Positions 57,311-64,000 of a stretch of 64,000 nt of DNA are shown one piece after another. Each line of letters opens with the position of its first letter. The stretch's first letter is position 1. The position numbers and the translations under genes are program-made. Under the pieces are notes generated by a model. It ran no database searches. It saw nothing but the letters and a program-made list of their open reading frames with translations, and was not told where the DNA came from. This stretch comes from Macrostomum lignano (Eukaryota), in assembly GCA_002269645.1 (NCBI GenBank), contig NIVC01000100.1:62001-126000 (forward strand), in the 5' to 3' direction.

Positions 57311-58345
57311 TGAGGAGTTGGATGATGGGATTCAGTTGGTGGATTTCAGGGAATGGAATTCCGGTGATAGGAGTTCTTCCCCTTTCTCCTCCAGCGGAGG
57401 AGTTGGCCTTGTATATGACTAAGATTGTTATCAAAGGCAAAAGTATTCCAAAATTTTCCACTTTTTATTTTCTATATGTTCCAAATTTTCCAGGTTATCT
57501 ACCTTCAAGACTATAGGGGCCAGTTTAAATTAACTTAGTCACTTTGGATTTCTTCTTTGCAAATTCTTGTATCATGGCAATAATAATAAACTACATAAGT
57601 ACATAAAACAAAGCTTATAAAGATCGGATATAGTATTTTTTAATTATTCATTTTATATTAGCTCGTAATTGATATATATATATTTGAACTACTTAGAATT
57701 CTCTAAAATGGCATTAACTTACACTATTTAGCTATAATAATGCATTTTACAAGGAAAGCAAAAGTAAAACTAAAAATAATAGTTTTTAGCAAGAAGCGGA
57801 CTTTTTAAAGTTTAGTAAAATACTCTTATTTCTAAAAATATACTAAAAAATGATATATAAGCAACTTTATGCTTGGTATAAAATTGAAAAAAAACTATAA
57901 TTTTCATACTAGTATGCTTGCCATGATCCAGACTATGGACTAGGCCAAGGATACAAAGTCTAAGGAAAAAAACTAACAAAATTACCATTTGTCTCTTGTC
58001 TTACTATATGATATAAATGTTGATAAAAATAGTTCCCAGATCTGCATTCCTAAATTCTAATATTTCAACCCTTAAAAGTTTAAACTAGGACCTTGACTTC
58101 TACTTGATTCTAATGATATGCATCCTACCTGACCTCTAAACTAAAAAATAGAGAAAATTGGATAGCATATCAATAGAAATTTGATAGTTTGATTCTTTTA
58201 GTGTCATAACTACCTATCAAGTGTTGCATCAGTCAAGACACATGCTATGGCACAACAACCTATAATTTATCATAGAGAATTGTAGTTAGTTTCTATCTGG
58301 CCTCATATCATTATTGCATGAAATCATAAACATACATGCGCAACA

Positions 58346-58570
58346 GTCGGCCGACCGATTTGGTGGCCAACCAAGGAAGTCGCAAAAATACCCACCCAAA
58401 AAAATACCCCCAAGTAATAGTACTAAGTAGCTGACGAGGCCTTCTGTCTTAATAAGACAGTCATAGTTACTCCTGCCGTTTACCCTAAGTTGCGATTATT
58501 TTGCTTTAGGGTTTTTTACATGTAAGTCGCATTTTTGGCCTAAAACTAAGTCGCACGGCCGACCGAAATT
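58346..58570 (-). repeat. Dispersed ~220-bp repeat with a 28S rDNA-derived core (58422-58485), copy A
   Basis: The reverse complement of the core matches the recalled LSU segment at 51/64. Bounded by direct repeats CGGCCGACCGA (58348-58358 and 58556-58566); contains the palindrome CTGTCTTA-A-TAAGACAG (58444-58460). Confidence 0.78.
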
Positions 58571-58666
58571 TCGAGGTTGCGCATGTATGATCAAAATAAA
58601 AAAAATCATTTTGGTATTTCACCTGCCTGGACAGATCTCACGTCGAACACGGAATGGCCCGCCAGG

Positions 58667-63777
<5,111 letters not shown>

Positions 63778-63924
63778 TTGCCGTGTTGTACATTGTGCAT
63801 ACATCTATTGTTGCAGTCTGTGCCTATTTGAAAATAATATGTGTTTTATTGCTTGAGAGAATGTACTTTAAGGCAATTTATGTCCCAACGGACTAATTTA
63901 TTTAATCCACAATTAATGCAACCT

Positions 63925-64000
63925 TGAGAATCGCCCCATACAGCATTTGAGAATCGCCCCGACAACCTTGAGAATCGCCCCAGAAAACACTGAGAATCAC
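63925..64000. repeat. Start of a TTGAGAATCGCCCC-containing array (runs off the window)
   Basis: Four units; shares the GAATCGCCCC core with 60360-61250. Confidence 0.7.

Overview
Eukaryotic (metazoan) genomic DNA, intron-rich and full of minisatellites. The style resembles a free-living flatworm such as Macrostomum, but that is an inference, not a lookup. Genes reconstructed by hand from splice sites and reading-frame continuity: 3' end of BIN3 (+), LCLAT1 (-), two inverted copies of a divergent PNPO-like FMN split-barrel gene, tRNA-Glu(TTC), a Tectonic gene (-) head-to-head with NPHP1 (+), a frameshifted USP-like fragment (-), a ~1490-aa basic TP-repeat protein (+), a ~1950-aa channel joining ~25 ankyrin repeats to a TRPM-type pore (-), and KLHL20 (+). 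Most long six-frame ORFs are artefacts of tandem repeats. Best leads: (1) the ankyrin-TRPM chimeric channel; (2) a dispersed ~220-bp repeat carrying a copy of the 28S rDNA R2/I-PpoI target region that is altered exactly at the cut site, with both copies just upstream of genes; (3) the duplicated PNPO-like gene, which lacks the pyridoxine-phosphate-binding residues but shows mostly synonymous differences; (4) the Tectonic/NPHP1 bidirectional ciliary gene pair. All homology calls are from remembered family motifs; no database search was run.
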